From contig CAYRKM010000001.1 in assembly GCA_964425075.1 (NCBI GenBank), positions 106,137 through 170,136 of the forward strand: a stretch of 64,000 nt of DNA, read 5' to 3'. Of the stretch, positions 18,996 through 29,611 are shown one piece after another (position 1 is the stretch's first letter; every line of letters starts with the position of its first letter). The notes under the pieces were generated by a model, which was not told where the DNA came from, searched no databases, and worked only from the letters and a program-made list of their open reading frames with translations. The DNA is from an uncultured Gammaproteobacteria bacterium. GTDB taxonomy: Bacteria; Patescibacteriota; Microgenomatia; Levybacterales; GWA1-39-11. Both the position numbers and the translations under genes were made by a program.

Positions 18996-19958
18996 ATGAA
19001 GCGGTTGTTTTTTATTCTTTCTTTAAGCTTATTCTTTTGCATCATTTCTTCGCAAAATGTTAGCGCCCAAGCTCTTTCTGTTAGTGTTTATCCACCCATT
19101 CTTGAAGTTCAAACTACACCTCCATCCTCACCAACGGCTCCAATTACAATTCAAAACCTAGGGGAAACAGATATTGCACTTTCAATTCAACTAATTCCCC
19201 TCAAAATGAACCCAAACGGAACAGGGGACGTTTTATTTTTCCCCGATGCACTAAATCAAGGCTTTTATGGCTACTACAAGGGTAGGATTCAATTCTTAGT
19301 TGATGACGTAAAAACTGAAAAAGTAACACTTCAAGCTCAAGAATCTAAGCAAGTAACCCTTAACATTAATCTTAAAAAGGGAGATCCTCCAGGAGACTAT
19401 TACTATGGAATTGTTTTCCTTAGCGAAGGAAAAACACTTGAGGACACATCTTTAACCTCACTTCCTGCAGGGATTTCTACCAATCTTCTACTCTCAGTTG
19501 GACCCAAAAAACCGTCGGTTGGAGGCATAACTGAATTCAGTACTTCAGCTTTTAAGAACAATGGACCGGTTGAATTTACTCTAAAGCTTCATAACGGCAG
19601 CGAGCACCTTATCAGTCCAACTGGAAAAGTATCAATAAATAATATGCTTGGTAAAAAGGTTGCCTCAATTGACATTCTACCCCAATATATTCTTGCTCAA
19701 AGCGATCGTTACTTAATAAATCAATCTTCATCAACCTCTGCTACTTTAAGCACAAATGAGACTCCAAAGGTTATTTGGAATGAAAAATTTCTTTTAGGAT
19801 TTTATACTGCAACAGCCAATATAAGGCTTGAAGAAAATGGAAATATCTTAACAGAAAAAACCTACTTCTTTGCTTTTCCTATTTATCTCTTCTTTGGTGT
19901 CGCAATTGTATTCTTTGTTCTTGCTGGAATTTATCTTAGAGTGAAGAAAAAGATGTAA
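18996..19958 (+). CDS. DUF916/DUF3324-like membrane-anchored protein (second copy)
   Basis: Signal peptide VSA-Q; PPGDYYYGIVF, NGSEHLISPTG and GFYTA; C-terminal TM plus KKK. Confidence 0.75.
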   Translation: MKRLFFILSLSLFFCIISSQNVSAQALSVSVYPPILEVQTTPPSSPTAPITIQNLGETDIALSIQLIPLKMNPNGTGDVLFFPDALNQGFYGYYKGRIQFLVDDVKTEKVTLQAQESKQVTLNINLKKGDPPGDYYYGIVFLSEGKTLEDTSLTSLPAGISTNLLLSVGPKKPSVGGITEFSTSAFKNNGPVEFTLKLHNGSEHLISPTGKVSINNMLGKKVASIDILPQYILAQSDRYLINQSSSTSATLSTNETPKVIWNEKFLLGFYTATANIRLEENGNILTEKTYFFAFPIYLFFGVAIVFFVLAGIYLRVKKKM

Positions 19959-20613
19959 AGCCCCCAATACTCTTTTGCATCTTTATAGTTTCCTCGAATA
20001 ATCCTGTGTCATCTCTCAATATTCTCCAATGTATTAATTTATCCTTACATAATATGACTAAATTTAAATGGACAATTCTGTCACATCTCAATTTAATTTG
20101 CTAATATACGTCCTATAAATGATGAGTAAGCCATTTCTACTCCAGGATTTTTGGAATATATAGTAAATTAAGACACTCTACTCCTCCTTTTTTTGTAATT
20201 ATTTTACACGGGAATACAATTTATCTCCGCATAATATCAAAGTGTATCAACAATAAAAAGAACAGTTTGTTATATTTTGATATATTATTTTTTGAGCAAA
20301 ATATTTTTTTTATATATATAGGAAATTGTGAAAATTTAAAAATTAGATTTTCGCAGGATTTTGGTCAAAATTGCTAATGATGTAATCAGTATCTTAATGC
20401 ATCAAAGAAGTGCTTCCTTTTCACACACCTATTGACACCAATTACCTACTTTATTTACGCTTAGTATTAGCTATGTATAATCGATATAATCAGTATAATT
20501 TTGAGCTTATCTTCTTATCTTTCGGTAATAGTTTTTTGGCACTTTCACACACCCAAAAAATATCACATGAAAATAATATTTCTTGTTTTTCACACCCTTT
20601 CTAATATTTCACC

Positions 20614-23600
20614 ATGGAATTCCTTGAACTATTCAAAAGACAACTTACACAAACTTCAAATGGTATTTCAAAAATAAGCCTGAAGAACTATCTTTCTGAT
20701 ATTCGTCACTTTATTAACTGGTTTGAGTACACCACAGGGAACACTTTTTCACCAAAAAATATTACCGCAGAGGTAATTGAGCTATATATTGCATCCCAGG
20801 GAGCAGTAATTTCAGACGGAAACCTTTCAACCCAAGACAAACTTTCGCCAAGCTCTATGAAAAGACATCTTTCCTCGCTTCGAAAGTTTGTCTCGGTGCT
20901 CAAAAAAGAAAACCTACTTGAAGAAAATCCGTTTGAGGAAATTAACCAGACAAATGAAGAACAGAATTACGATTATTGGCACTTTGATTCATTTAAAGAT
21001 TATTTGCTCCAAAATAATGCCTCAAAATTAACCGTAAAAAATTATCTTTCTGATATAAAAGGTTTTGCAAGTTGGTACGAACAGGCAATATTACCTACGC
21101 TTATTTCCCCTCTCACCTCAACTAATGGTGCTTATCGGATCTCTCAAGAAATAGTTCAGGAATATAAAGACAGATTGTTTAATATACAATCATCAGCTCC
21201 ACGCACAATTAACCGCAAACTGTCTTCACTCCGCCGATATTTGGAGTTTGGAACGAATAAGGGCTTTATTAATCCTGGAGAAATAGTTCTACCTTCTATC
21301 CAAATAGGGAAAGAGGAGGCAGAACCTGTAAAGATTCAGCTAAAAGATCTTAATCAAACTCAAACTTTAGAAACAAAAAGCTATTCTTCCTTTCCTCCAG
21401 CAAGACTTCTTCAAAAGCTAGTTATTTTCCCTTATTTACTTCTTGAAGATGCCGTTGCCTCAAAAGTCGCAACAATTATGACTGGAAAAGAAATGATTGC
21501 AGGAATTGCACTTTCTCAATTAGATAAAGTGAAAATGAGCACTCGCGCTATAGTCAATGCTCAAAATCAATCAATTGACGCGATTTTGGGCGTAAGAAAT
21601 GTAAAAAAGGAATTCTATGCTCCTCACCAAGTACAATTATCTGGACTCCCTTTCCACAAAAAATTACTTTATCATGCACGATATACTAGACCAAAATGGT
21701 ATAAAACATATCATAGTTATCCATTTGTACATTATGCCCATTTTGCACTCCTTATAATCTTTGCAGTTGGAGTTGGGGTTGCAGCTTATCAGAATTTGGT
21801 AGGAAAAAATCAAAGACCAACCTTTGCCGCCCCCACGGCTCCACCGAGAATACTTTCATTTCAGGGAAGACTAACTGACGCAAGTGATAACCCAATTACA
21901 AGTGCAACGGATATCCGGTTTGCAATTTATAATGATCTTTCAGCATCAGGCGCTGCTCTTTTGTGGCAAGAAGTTCACTACGTTGTAACCCCTGACCAAG
22001 ATGGAATATTCTCCGTACTTTTGGGAACAAATGATGCAATACCTTCAACTGTATTTTCAGATAATGCAGGAACTTATCTTGGTGTTACAATCAACCAAAC
22101 ATCAGAACTTACGCCACGTCAAAGAATTGCCGCAGTTGCATACGCTACTAATTCTGAACAGCTTCAAGGAATGCCTCCTATTACCGCAGGTGGGGCTGGA
22201 ACCTCAAATGTTGTACTAGCACTTGATTCATCAGGTAATCTAACCATTGGTGGAAGCGCAGCTCCAACCTTTACAGCCTCGGGGGGTCAATTCAGACTAT
22301 CGGGTCAGCCTCTTGTTCTAAATACAAATTCAAGTTCAAATGGAAATATCGTTCTTGCTCCTGATGGACTTGGAAGGATAGATCTTCAAAAACCACTAGT
22401 AAATAGTGGAACTTCAGGGAACATTACTCCAGGGGGAGTTGAGGTAAATGATAAATTTGGAGTTCTTGCAACAGAATCGGGAGTCGCATCATTTGTTATC
22501 AACAACAATGGTTCAAGCGACATTTTTACAGCCTCATCATCGGGATCTCCTCGCTTTACTATCTCAACAACAGGCGCTCTTACTATTCCAACATATAACA
22601 CAAATGGTGGAATCTTCTATGCAAATGGTTCGGGAGTTGTTGCACAGACAACTGCAGGAAGCTCGGGGGAATGTTTGCAGTCAATTGGAGGAGGAACACC
22701 AACTTGGGGATCTTGCGGAAGCGGCAGCGGAAGTCTTTGGAGATTATCAAGTGGCGCTTTATCTCCCATAAATGATACTGCGGATGTATTGATTGGAAGT
22801 AATGCTACAGCAAGCGCGAAATTCGCATTCATAAATGTTGCTGGGGGAACACCAACAGCTTCAATCTCTGCAAGTAGCGGAAACAATTGGACAACATTAA
22901 GCGGAGATGGAATTTTGGGAACAACAAACAAACAAACACTTTCTATAGGAAACAGCTCGACAGGAATTATTGCAATTAATTCTCCCGAGAACAGTAAAAC
23001 CTCAATTGGAACAGGCTCAACACTTGGAACACTTAAGATTTCAGGTCAGTCTCCGGGAAAAGCTTTAGTAAACCTCCAATATCTAGGGTCTGGTCAAAAT
23101 ATTTTGGTTGCATCAAATTCCGCCGGAACCAATGTCTTTACTATCGAGGAGGACGGAGACATTATTGTGGGAAATGCGGGTGCAGGCAAATTGACAGCTG
23201 CAATAATTGACCCTTATCTAATCCAAAATCAATACACGTCAGTTACTCCCGAACTTATTTTCCAAACAATGGCAGCTACAAGTGGAGACTTTATATATAA
23301 AAACCAATCAACCGAGCTTGCACGCCTTGCCCAAGCCGGACAATTTCAACTTCCAATAACAGGCTCTTCAGGAGGACTTGTAATTGGAGCTGACACACAG
23401 CTTTTTAGAGGCTCTGCCGATAGGCTTGATTTAGCATCAGGCGACTCATTTAATCTTGTTTCGGGTAGCATTCAAATTGGCGGAACTACGGTTATTGACT
23501 CCTCACAAAATGCAACATTCAGCAGCCTAACTGTTACTGGTGGATGTACGGGTTGTGTAAGCGCATCAGATTCACCTTTTAAGGTATTAAGTGGTGCAAT

Positions 23601-26600
23601 TGTACCACTCAACTCAACGCTTGACTTCACTCTTGGTGGTCAATCAAGCGCATCAGCAAAATTTGCAGTACTTAATATCGGCACAGGAACACCCACAGCT
23701 TCAATCTCTGCAAATTCTGGAGATAATGCTCTATATATAACAGGAGACGGTTCTCTTGCAACAACCAATAGACAAAGCCTAACAATTGGAAATTCATCAA
23801 CATATAACACAACGGGAAATGTGCTGATAAATTCTAATGCAACCGGCAATGTTGGGTTAAGAACCGCAACGCCTACAAGTTTCAACGTAGAATTTGCGGG
23901 AAGCCTTGGACCAGCAGTAGATAATTCCTCTGTTCTTGGATCTGCATCAAGGAGATTAAATTCTATATATTTAGGTGACGGTGGTCTCCAAGCTGTAGGC
24001 AATGCCGGAACTTCCGGATCTGTAAATATCAATACAGCTGCAAGTGCTGTTACGGTCACTAGATACGGACAAAGGATATTGAATAATACGTTAAATACTA
24101 CAACAGACGGAATTGATAAATATGGACTTTATATCAACAACACAGGTTCTTTTACAGGACTGACAGGAACTTCTACCAATAACTACTCTTTATACATCTC
24201 TACACCTTCAGGTGCTGATAACAATTATTCTATATATTCAGCGGGTGGAACAAATTACCTTGCAGGAAATACAGGACTTGGTACAACAACACCGACAGCT
24301 CTTCTTGATGTAGCAGGTACTGCTTCTGTTTCAGGGGCTTTGAAGCTATATGGAACTCCTACCATCCAATCTACTGCAAATCAAACATTGACACTAGGTG
24401 GAGATACAACTGGAAGTATTGTGCTTTCACCTCTCAATGGTTCGGGGACAATTCAACTTACAAATTTTACTACAAACGGTGGCTTAATATATACTAATGG
24501 ATCAGGTGTACTGGCTCAAACCGGTGCAGGAAGCGCTACTCAATGTTTGCTTGGAGGCACTACTCCTACTTATGGCAGTTGTGCAACTGGAACAACCGTA
24601 ACACCTTTCCAAGAATTAACTGGTGCAATAGTACCAAATAATTCAACTCTGGACTTCCTAATTGGAGGGCAAGCAACAGCAAGTGCTAAATTTGGAATAT
24701 TAAATATAGCCGGAGGAACACCAACCGCCTCAATTAGTGCAAATAATGGGAATATAGCAACTTACCTTGCCGGTGACGGGACTCTTGCAACTACAAATAG
24801 GCAAACTTTAACTATTGGTAATTCCTCTACATACAACACAACGGGAGAAGTACTAATAAATCCTAATGGAACTGGAAATGTAGGCGTCGGGACAACAAGC
24901 GCAAGGTCAAAATTCCATGTTGCCAATGCTTACTCAGGCCAAGCAACACCTAATGCCTCTTCTATCTTAACAATTGAAAACAATGCTAATGCATATTTAA
25001 GTTTTCTTACACCGGCCAATGTTCAGAGCGGTATCCTTTTTGGAAGTCCTACAAATTCAGCTCAAGGACAAATTACCTACAATCATTCTTCAAATTATTT
25101 AAATTTTTATACAGGAGGAGCTGATAGGGCTAGAATTACAAGCACGGGTTTTGGAATCGGCATGACTTCACCAATATCTCAACTTCATGTTTCAAGAAGT
25201 GCAGCGGCTACGGGCAAAGCATTGGCTGTTTTTGATCAAACGGAAAGTCAAGATATAATAACAGCTTCTGCTTCTGGTATTACAAAGTTTGCAATTACAA
25301 ACAGTGGGGTTTTGCAACTTGTTGGTGGACAAACTTCAGATATTGATACTTTAACAAATGCTACTCTAAATATTGGGGCGACAAATGCCACCACTATTTC
25401 TATTGGTCGATCAAGCCAAGGTATTACACTTCCTGGATTTACTGGTCAAAATGGAATACTTTATGGAACTTCAGGAACTGGAGTATTAGCTCAAGCGACT
25501 ACTGCCTCTACTGGTCTTTGTCTACTCTCAGGAGCCGCAAATCCAGCTTGGGGAACTTGTCCAACAACAGGAAATTCAAGCTCAAACTGGACACTGAACT
25601 CAACAGATGGAACTCTTTATCCAATAAATAGTACTCTTGATGTATTAATAGGTAATACTGCATCAACTTCTGCCAAATTTGCATTCTTAAATGTTGCTGG
25701 AGGAGTACCCACAGCTTCAATTTCTGCAAATACAGCTGATAACAATACTTTCTTAACAGGAGCTGGTAACCTTGCAACAACCAACAAACAAACCCTAACA
25801 CTTGGGGGCAGCACAACAGGAGGAATAGTTATTGATTCAGGAAGCTCCTCAATAAATCTTGCGGATGATACCTCTATAACAGGTAATATTACTGGCTCAG
25901 GTACAACTGGACTTACTCTCACGGGTGCTGGAGCTGGAATTACCTTCTCAGGAAGTGGACTTCATGAAATAGGTGCCTCATCAGGAACTCTTCGAATTGG
26001 AACACACACACTAACCGGCGCAATAACCGGAGGAAATCAAAATATCAGCTCAATTGGTAACATCTCAGCGAATTCTTCCTCAAATACATTAACTGGTTTT
26101 GGAACAATTGGAACTTCTGGAACTACTGCTTTCGTTGGCACCAACCTAACCCTAGCAGGTGCTGCAACTGATATAACTTCAGGTGCCAATCAAGACTTGG
26201 CAATAACTGCAAATGGTACAGGAAACCTAATACTTACCACAGATTTTGATACTAGCGTAAAAGTTGGTACATCAAATAATATCATGGCACCTCTTTCGGT
26301 ATCTGGAGGTATCGGATCTAATGCTGGATTTATCCTAGATCAACTTAATGATGGGGACTTATTCACTGCCTCTGCTGCTGGGGTTACTAAATTTACTTTC
26401 ACAAACGGCGGGTCGCTTAACCTTACAGGTGGTCAAACAATAGATACTTTAGCTTCCGGAACTCTAGGAATTGGCACTACAACAGCTACTACTCTTACGT
26501 TGGGCAGAAGTGGACAAGGGATTACACTTCCAGGCTTTACGGGTCAAAATGGAATACTTTATGGAACTTCAGGAACTGGAGTACTTGCACAGGCCACGAC

Positions 26601-29577
26601 TGGCACTCCTAGTCTTTGTCTTCTCTCAGGAGCCTCAAATCCAACCTGGAGCACTTGCCCAACCTCAGGAAGTTCTAATTGGACTCTTGATACAGCTGCT
26701 GGTGTGATACGTCCAAACAACAATACAGTTGATTTTCTATTAGGTGGAACAGCAACTGCAAGCGCTAAATTTGCAGTTCTAGGGATTAATGGAGCTACAG
26801 TTCCAACTGCATCACTTTCTGCAACAACCGCTTCCGGCGGCGATGGAAATGGTATTACTCTAAGTGGAGATGGATCAATACAAAGCTTGAGAAATAATAC
26901 ATTAACGCTAGGAGGAGCCACAACTGGAAGTATCCAATTCAAACCAGGCAATATTTCAACTCCTTCACTCTACCTTGCAACCGGCGGAAATGTGGGAATT
27001 GGAATAGCAGCTCCAACAGAACTTCTTCATTTGTATAAAACAACTGGTAATTATGCAACATTACGGTTTGATTCAGGAACTACCCAAGGATATGCCTTCT
27101 CATATGACGGAGATAATAGTGTAAATATAGGAGCAAATAGTAGCAGTCTATTGCACTTAAGAACGAGTAATGCAGCAAGAGCAACAATCCTTGCAAGCGG
27201 AGAATTCGGTATTGGTACTACGACCCCTGTCTCTCAATTACATGTAACAAGGGCGCTCTCCCTTGGAGCAACTGGAAAAGCCTTGGGGATATTTGACCAG
27301 ATAGAGAACCAGGACATCTTTACGGCCTCCTCTGCAGGTATCACGAAGTTTGTTATGGGAAATGATGGAAGAATTGGCATAAATACTGCTGCCTCACCTA
27401 CAGGAGTTAACCCACTTGCAATGCTTCAGGTTTACTCAAGTCTTGGCACTACTCCAGCAGCTTCAATTTCAGCTACAACTGCTAACGCTGTCCTTAGAGT
27501 AGACCAGAATGGAGTTGGGGATTTCATAGTTGCTTCAAAAGCTGGTCAAACATATTTCAAGATAACTGCAAGTGGAGATGCAGAAATTGGAGTTAATGCG
27601 GGTGGAAAACTTAATGCAGGAACCGTTGACCCTCCTTATACTATTGATGGAGAAGGATATGCTACTTATATGCCTTCAATGATAGGTGTAAAGGAAGAAT
27701 ATGCAGGAAAAGCCGTCCTTTCTTATGATTCTCGTGCAGGTGCTTACGTATATAAATTAGACTTCAATAACTTTGAGAGACAATCTGACCAGTGGGTTTA
27801 TAACCGCATTATCGATCCTGATATTTCCAATGTTTCGGTTTTGATGACTCCAAATTCAGCAGCGCGCACATGGTACAAAAAAGATGGTACAAATCGCACC
27901 ATAACTCTATATGCAGATAGACCTGTTGAAATTTCTTATAGATTAACTGCTCCAAGATTTGATCATGATAAATGGAAAACTTATACAGGTATTCCAAAGG
28001 GACATATTGCTCCACCGCCAACAATTAACGGTAGTTCAGAAAACGACAACAACATGGAGGTTGATCCTTACTTTGCAACTCTTTCTATAAATGAAGAAAA
28101 CGGACAATATGTTCTAAAAGATTCATACAATAACAAAGTGAATCATATTGATGCATTCTCAAAAACAATTTCTGCCAAGATTGAGGCGGGATGGGTACAA
28201 GCCAAAAAGATAACTTCTGACACAATTTCTGCAGGAAGTGCTAATTTCAACAACCTTACAGCCTCAACTCTTGCGCTAACGAGTGACTCAATAACAATTA
28301 GTGGCCAAAATCTTCGCGACTTTATAGTTGCGACAGTTCAAAATGCAGGCTTAACTCAAAATGGCAATGAAATTATCTCCCCTCTTGCATCAATTGACAT
28401 GATAAAAACAAATGTAATTTCACCACTTGCTGAAGAAGGTTCAGTTGCTCTTCACATAAATCCAAACGACCTTACTCTTAAAAATACGCAGACAGGTGAA
28501 ACGGTTGCAAAGATTGATAATCAGGGTAATTTAAATGCCCGAAGCGCGAGCTTCTCAGGAACACTTGAATCAGAAGTTGCCTTATTTGACAGTGCAAGCG
28601 TATCAGGCAATTTAGCAACCAACACTCTTCAAGCCAATAATGCTTCAGTTGCTGGAACTTTGAGGGCTGACAAGATTATCGCAAATGATATTGAAGGCAT
28701 TGATAACCGCATCTCATCAATTGCAAACAACCTCATCAATACAGCCTCAGGCTCAGGCAGCTTTACAGATGGAGGCAATTTGGCAGTTGGTTCTCTTAAT
28801 GCCCAATTTGGATTATTTGAGCAAGGAATAGTATCTCTTGGTTCAGGAACATTTACTCAACTTACTGCAATGGACTCTATCTCTATTGGTCAAGGATTTA
28901 TTTTAGGCAATAATTCAATTAATACATTGGGTGCAGATCTAGAAATCCAACCGCTTCGCCAGGGAAATATTTCATTCATGGCGGGACGAGTCACGATTGA
29001 CACCGATGGAAATATGGCGGTAGACGGAAATATTAGCATACAGGGTAATTTGGCTGCCGCACGCGGAATATTTAGCGACACTATAGAATCCCGTGCATTA
29101 GTTACTAACATAATCTCACCACTTGCTGATAAAGATTTGGTGTTCAAGCTTAATGGTGAAAGTTTTGCCTCAAATTCAGGTAAACTTCAAATTCAAAATA
29201 CCCAAGGAAACCAGGTATTGGCAATTAATAACAAGGGAGATATTATCTCTTCCGGATCTGCAAGGTTTGGCAAGCTTAACCTTTCCCTAGTGGGTAAGGC
29301 TGAGGCTATAAATGAAAACGAAGCAGTTGCAACAGGAAGCGCAGGATTTGCAACCCTAAAGAGAGGAAGAACTGAGCTTACTATCATTAATCCAAATGTT
29401 ACTAAGGACTCACTTATTTACGTTACTCCATTTGGGGACACAAGCAACAAGGTCATATATTTATTGCGCCAAACTCCAAATGAACCTGAGAATGGTATAC
29501 AAGGATCATTTACGGTCGGGGTTTCGGGAACTACTACGACACAGGACTTACAATTTAACTGGCTTGTTGTGAATTAA
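20614..29577 (+). CDS. Giant membrane-anchored fibre/adhesin-like protein with two N-terminal phage-integrase SAM-like (core-binding) domains
   Basis: SKISLKNYLSDIRHF..SSMKRHLSSLRKF and SKLTVKNYLSDIKGF..RTINRKLSSLRRY; TM near 21732-21790; then LSFQGRLTD domain and G/S/T-rich repeats. Confidence 0.85.
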   Translation: MEFLELFKRQLTQTSNGISKISLKNYLSDIRHFINWFEYTTGNTFSPKNITAEVIELYIASQGAVISDGNLSTQDKLSPSSMKRHLSSLRKFVSVLKKENLLEENPFEEINQTNEEQNYDYWHFDSFKDYLLQNNASKLTVKNYLSDIKGFASWYEQAILPTLISPLTSTNGAYRISQEIVQEYKDRLFNIQSSAPRTINRKLSSLRRYLEFGTNKGFINPGEIVLPSIQIGKEEAEPVKIQLKDLNQTQTLETKSYSSFPPARLLQKLVIFPYLLLEDAVASKVATIMTGKEMIAGIALSQLDKVKMSTRAIVNAQNQSIDAILGVRNVKKEFYAPHQVQLSGLPFHKKLLYHARYTRPKWYKTYHSYPFVHYAHFALLIIFAVGVGVAAYQNLVGKNQRPTFAAPTAPPRILSFQGRLTDASDNPITSATDIRFAIYNDLSASGAALLWQEVHYVVTPDQDGIFSVLLGTNDAIPSTVFSDNAGTYLGVTINQTSELTPRQRIAAVAYATNSEQLQGMPPITAGGAGTSNVVLALDSSGNLTIGGSAAPTFTASGGQFRLSGQPLVLNTNSSSNGNIVLAPDGLGRIDLQKPLVNSGTSGNITPGGVEVNDKFGVLATESGVASFVINNNGSSDIFTASSSGSPRFTISTTGALTIPTYNTNGGIFYANGSGVVAQTTAGSSGECLQSIGGGTPTWGSCGSGSGSLWRLSSGALSPINDTADVLIGSNATASAKFAFINVAGGTPTASISASSGNNWTTLSGDGILGTTNKQTLSIGNSSTGIIAINSPENSKTSIGTGSTLGTLKISGQSPGKALVNLQYLGSGQNILVASNSAGTNVFTIEEDGDIIVGNAGAGKLTAAIIDPYLIQNQYTSVTPELIFQTMAATSGDFIYKNQSTELARLAQAGQFQLPITGSSGGLVIGADTQLFRGSADRLDLASGDSFNLVSGSIQIGGTTVIDSSQNATFSSLTVTGGCTGCVSASDSPFKVLSGAIVPLNSTLDFTLGGQSSASAKFAVLNIGTGTPTASISANSGDNALYITGDGSLATTNRQSLTIGNSSTYNTTGNVLINSNATGNVGLRTATPTSFNVEFAGSLGPAVDNSSVLGSASRRLNSIYLGDGGLQAVGNAGTSGSVNINTAASAVTVTRYGQRILNNTLNTTTDGIDKYGLYINNTGSFTGLTGTSTNNYSLYISTPSGADNNYSIYSAGGTNYLAGNTGLGTTTPTALLDVAGTASVSGALKLYGTPTIQSTANQTLTLGGDTTGSIVLSPLNGSGTIQLTNFTTNGGLIYTNGSGVLAQTGAGSATQCLLGGTTPTYGSCATGTTVTPFQELTGAIVPNNSTLDFLIGGQATASAKFGILNIAGGTPTASISANNGNIATYLAGDGTLATTNRQTLTIGNSSTYNTTGEVLINPNGTGNVGVGTTSARSKFHVANAYSGQATPNASSILTIENNANAYLSFLTPANVQSGILFGSPTNSAQGQITYNHSSNYLNFYTGGADRARITSTGFGIGMTSPISQLHVSRSAAATGKALAVFDQTESQDIITASASGITKFAITNSGVLQLVGGQTSDIDTLTNATLNIGATNATTISIGRSSQGITLPGFTGQNGILYGTSGTGVLAQATTASTGLCLLSGAANPAWGTCPTTGNSSSNWTLNSTDGTLYPINSTLDVLIGNTASTSAKFAFLNVAGGVPTASISANTADNNTFLTGAGNLATTNKQTLTLGGSTTGGIVIDSGSSSINLADDTSITGNITGSGTTGLTLTGAGAGITFSGSGLHEIGASSGTLRIGTHTLTGAITGGNQNISSIGNISANSSSNTLTGFGTIGTSGTTAFVGTNLTLAGAATDITSGANQDLAITANGTGNLILTTDFDTSVKVGTSNNIMAPLSVSGGIGSNAGFILDQLNDGDLFTASAAGVTKFTFTNGGSLNLTGGQTIDTLASGTLGIGTTTATTLTLGRSGQGITLPGFTGQNGILYGTSGTGVLAQATTGTPSLCLLSGASNPTWSTCPTSGSSNWTLDTAAGVIRPNNNTVDFLLGGTATASAKFAVLGINGATVPTASLSATTASGGDGNGITLSGDGSIQSLRNNTLTLGGATTGSIQFKPGNISTPSLYLATGGNVGIGIAAPTELLHLYKTTGNYATLRFDSGTTQGYAFSYDGDNSVNIGANSSSLLHLRTSNAARATILASGEFGIGTTTPVSQLHVTRALSLGATGKALGIFDQIENQDIFTASSAGITKFVMGNDGRIGINTAASPTGVNPLAMLQVYSSLGTTPAASISATTANAVLRVDQNGVGDFIVASKAGQTYFKITASGDAEIGVNAGGKLNAGTVDPPYTIDGEGYATYMPSMIGVKEEYAGKAVLSYDSRAGAYVYKLDFNNFERQSDQWVYNRIIDPDISNVSVLMTPNSAARTWYKKDGTNRTITLYADRPVEISYRLTAPRFDHDKWKTYTGIPKGHIAPPPTINGSSENDNNMEVDPYFATLSINEENGQYVLKDSYNNKVNHIDAFSKTISAKIEAGWVQAKKITSDTISAGSANFNNLTASTLALTSDSITISGQNLRDFIVATVQNAGLTQNGNEIISPLASIDMIKTNVISPLAEEGSVALHINPNDLTLKNTQTGETVAKIDNQGNLNARSASFSGTLESEVALFDSASVSGNLATNTLQANNASVAGTLRADKIIANDIEGIDNRISSIANNLINTASGSGSFTDGGNLAVGSLNAQFGLFEQGIVSLGSGTFTQLTAMDSISIGQGFILGNNSINTLGADLEIQPLRQGNISFMAGRVTIDTDGNMAVDGNISIQGNLAAARGIFSDTIESRALVTNIISPLADKDLVFKLNGESFASNSGKLQIQNTQGNQVLAINNKGDIISSGSARFGKLNLSLVGKAEAINENEAVATGSAGFATLKRGRTELTIINPNVTKDSLIYVTPFGDTSNKVIYLLRQTPNEPENGIQGSFTVGVSGTTTTQDLQFNWLVVN

Positions 29578-29611
29578 CGAAGTCAATTTAATGATAAATG
29601 CTAAATGATAT

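Noticed and set aside
20410-20604. 64-aa ORF upstream of the giant gene
   Set aside because: GTG start, AT-rich, overlaps putative regulatory boxes; probably spurious.
20614-21700. Functional integrase or prophage boundary
   Set aside because: Only core-binding domains are present; no catalytic R-K-H-R-H-Y domain and no phage genes nearby.
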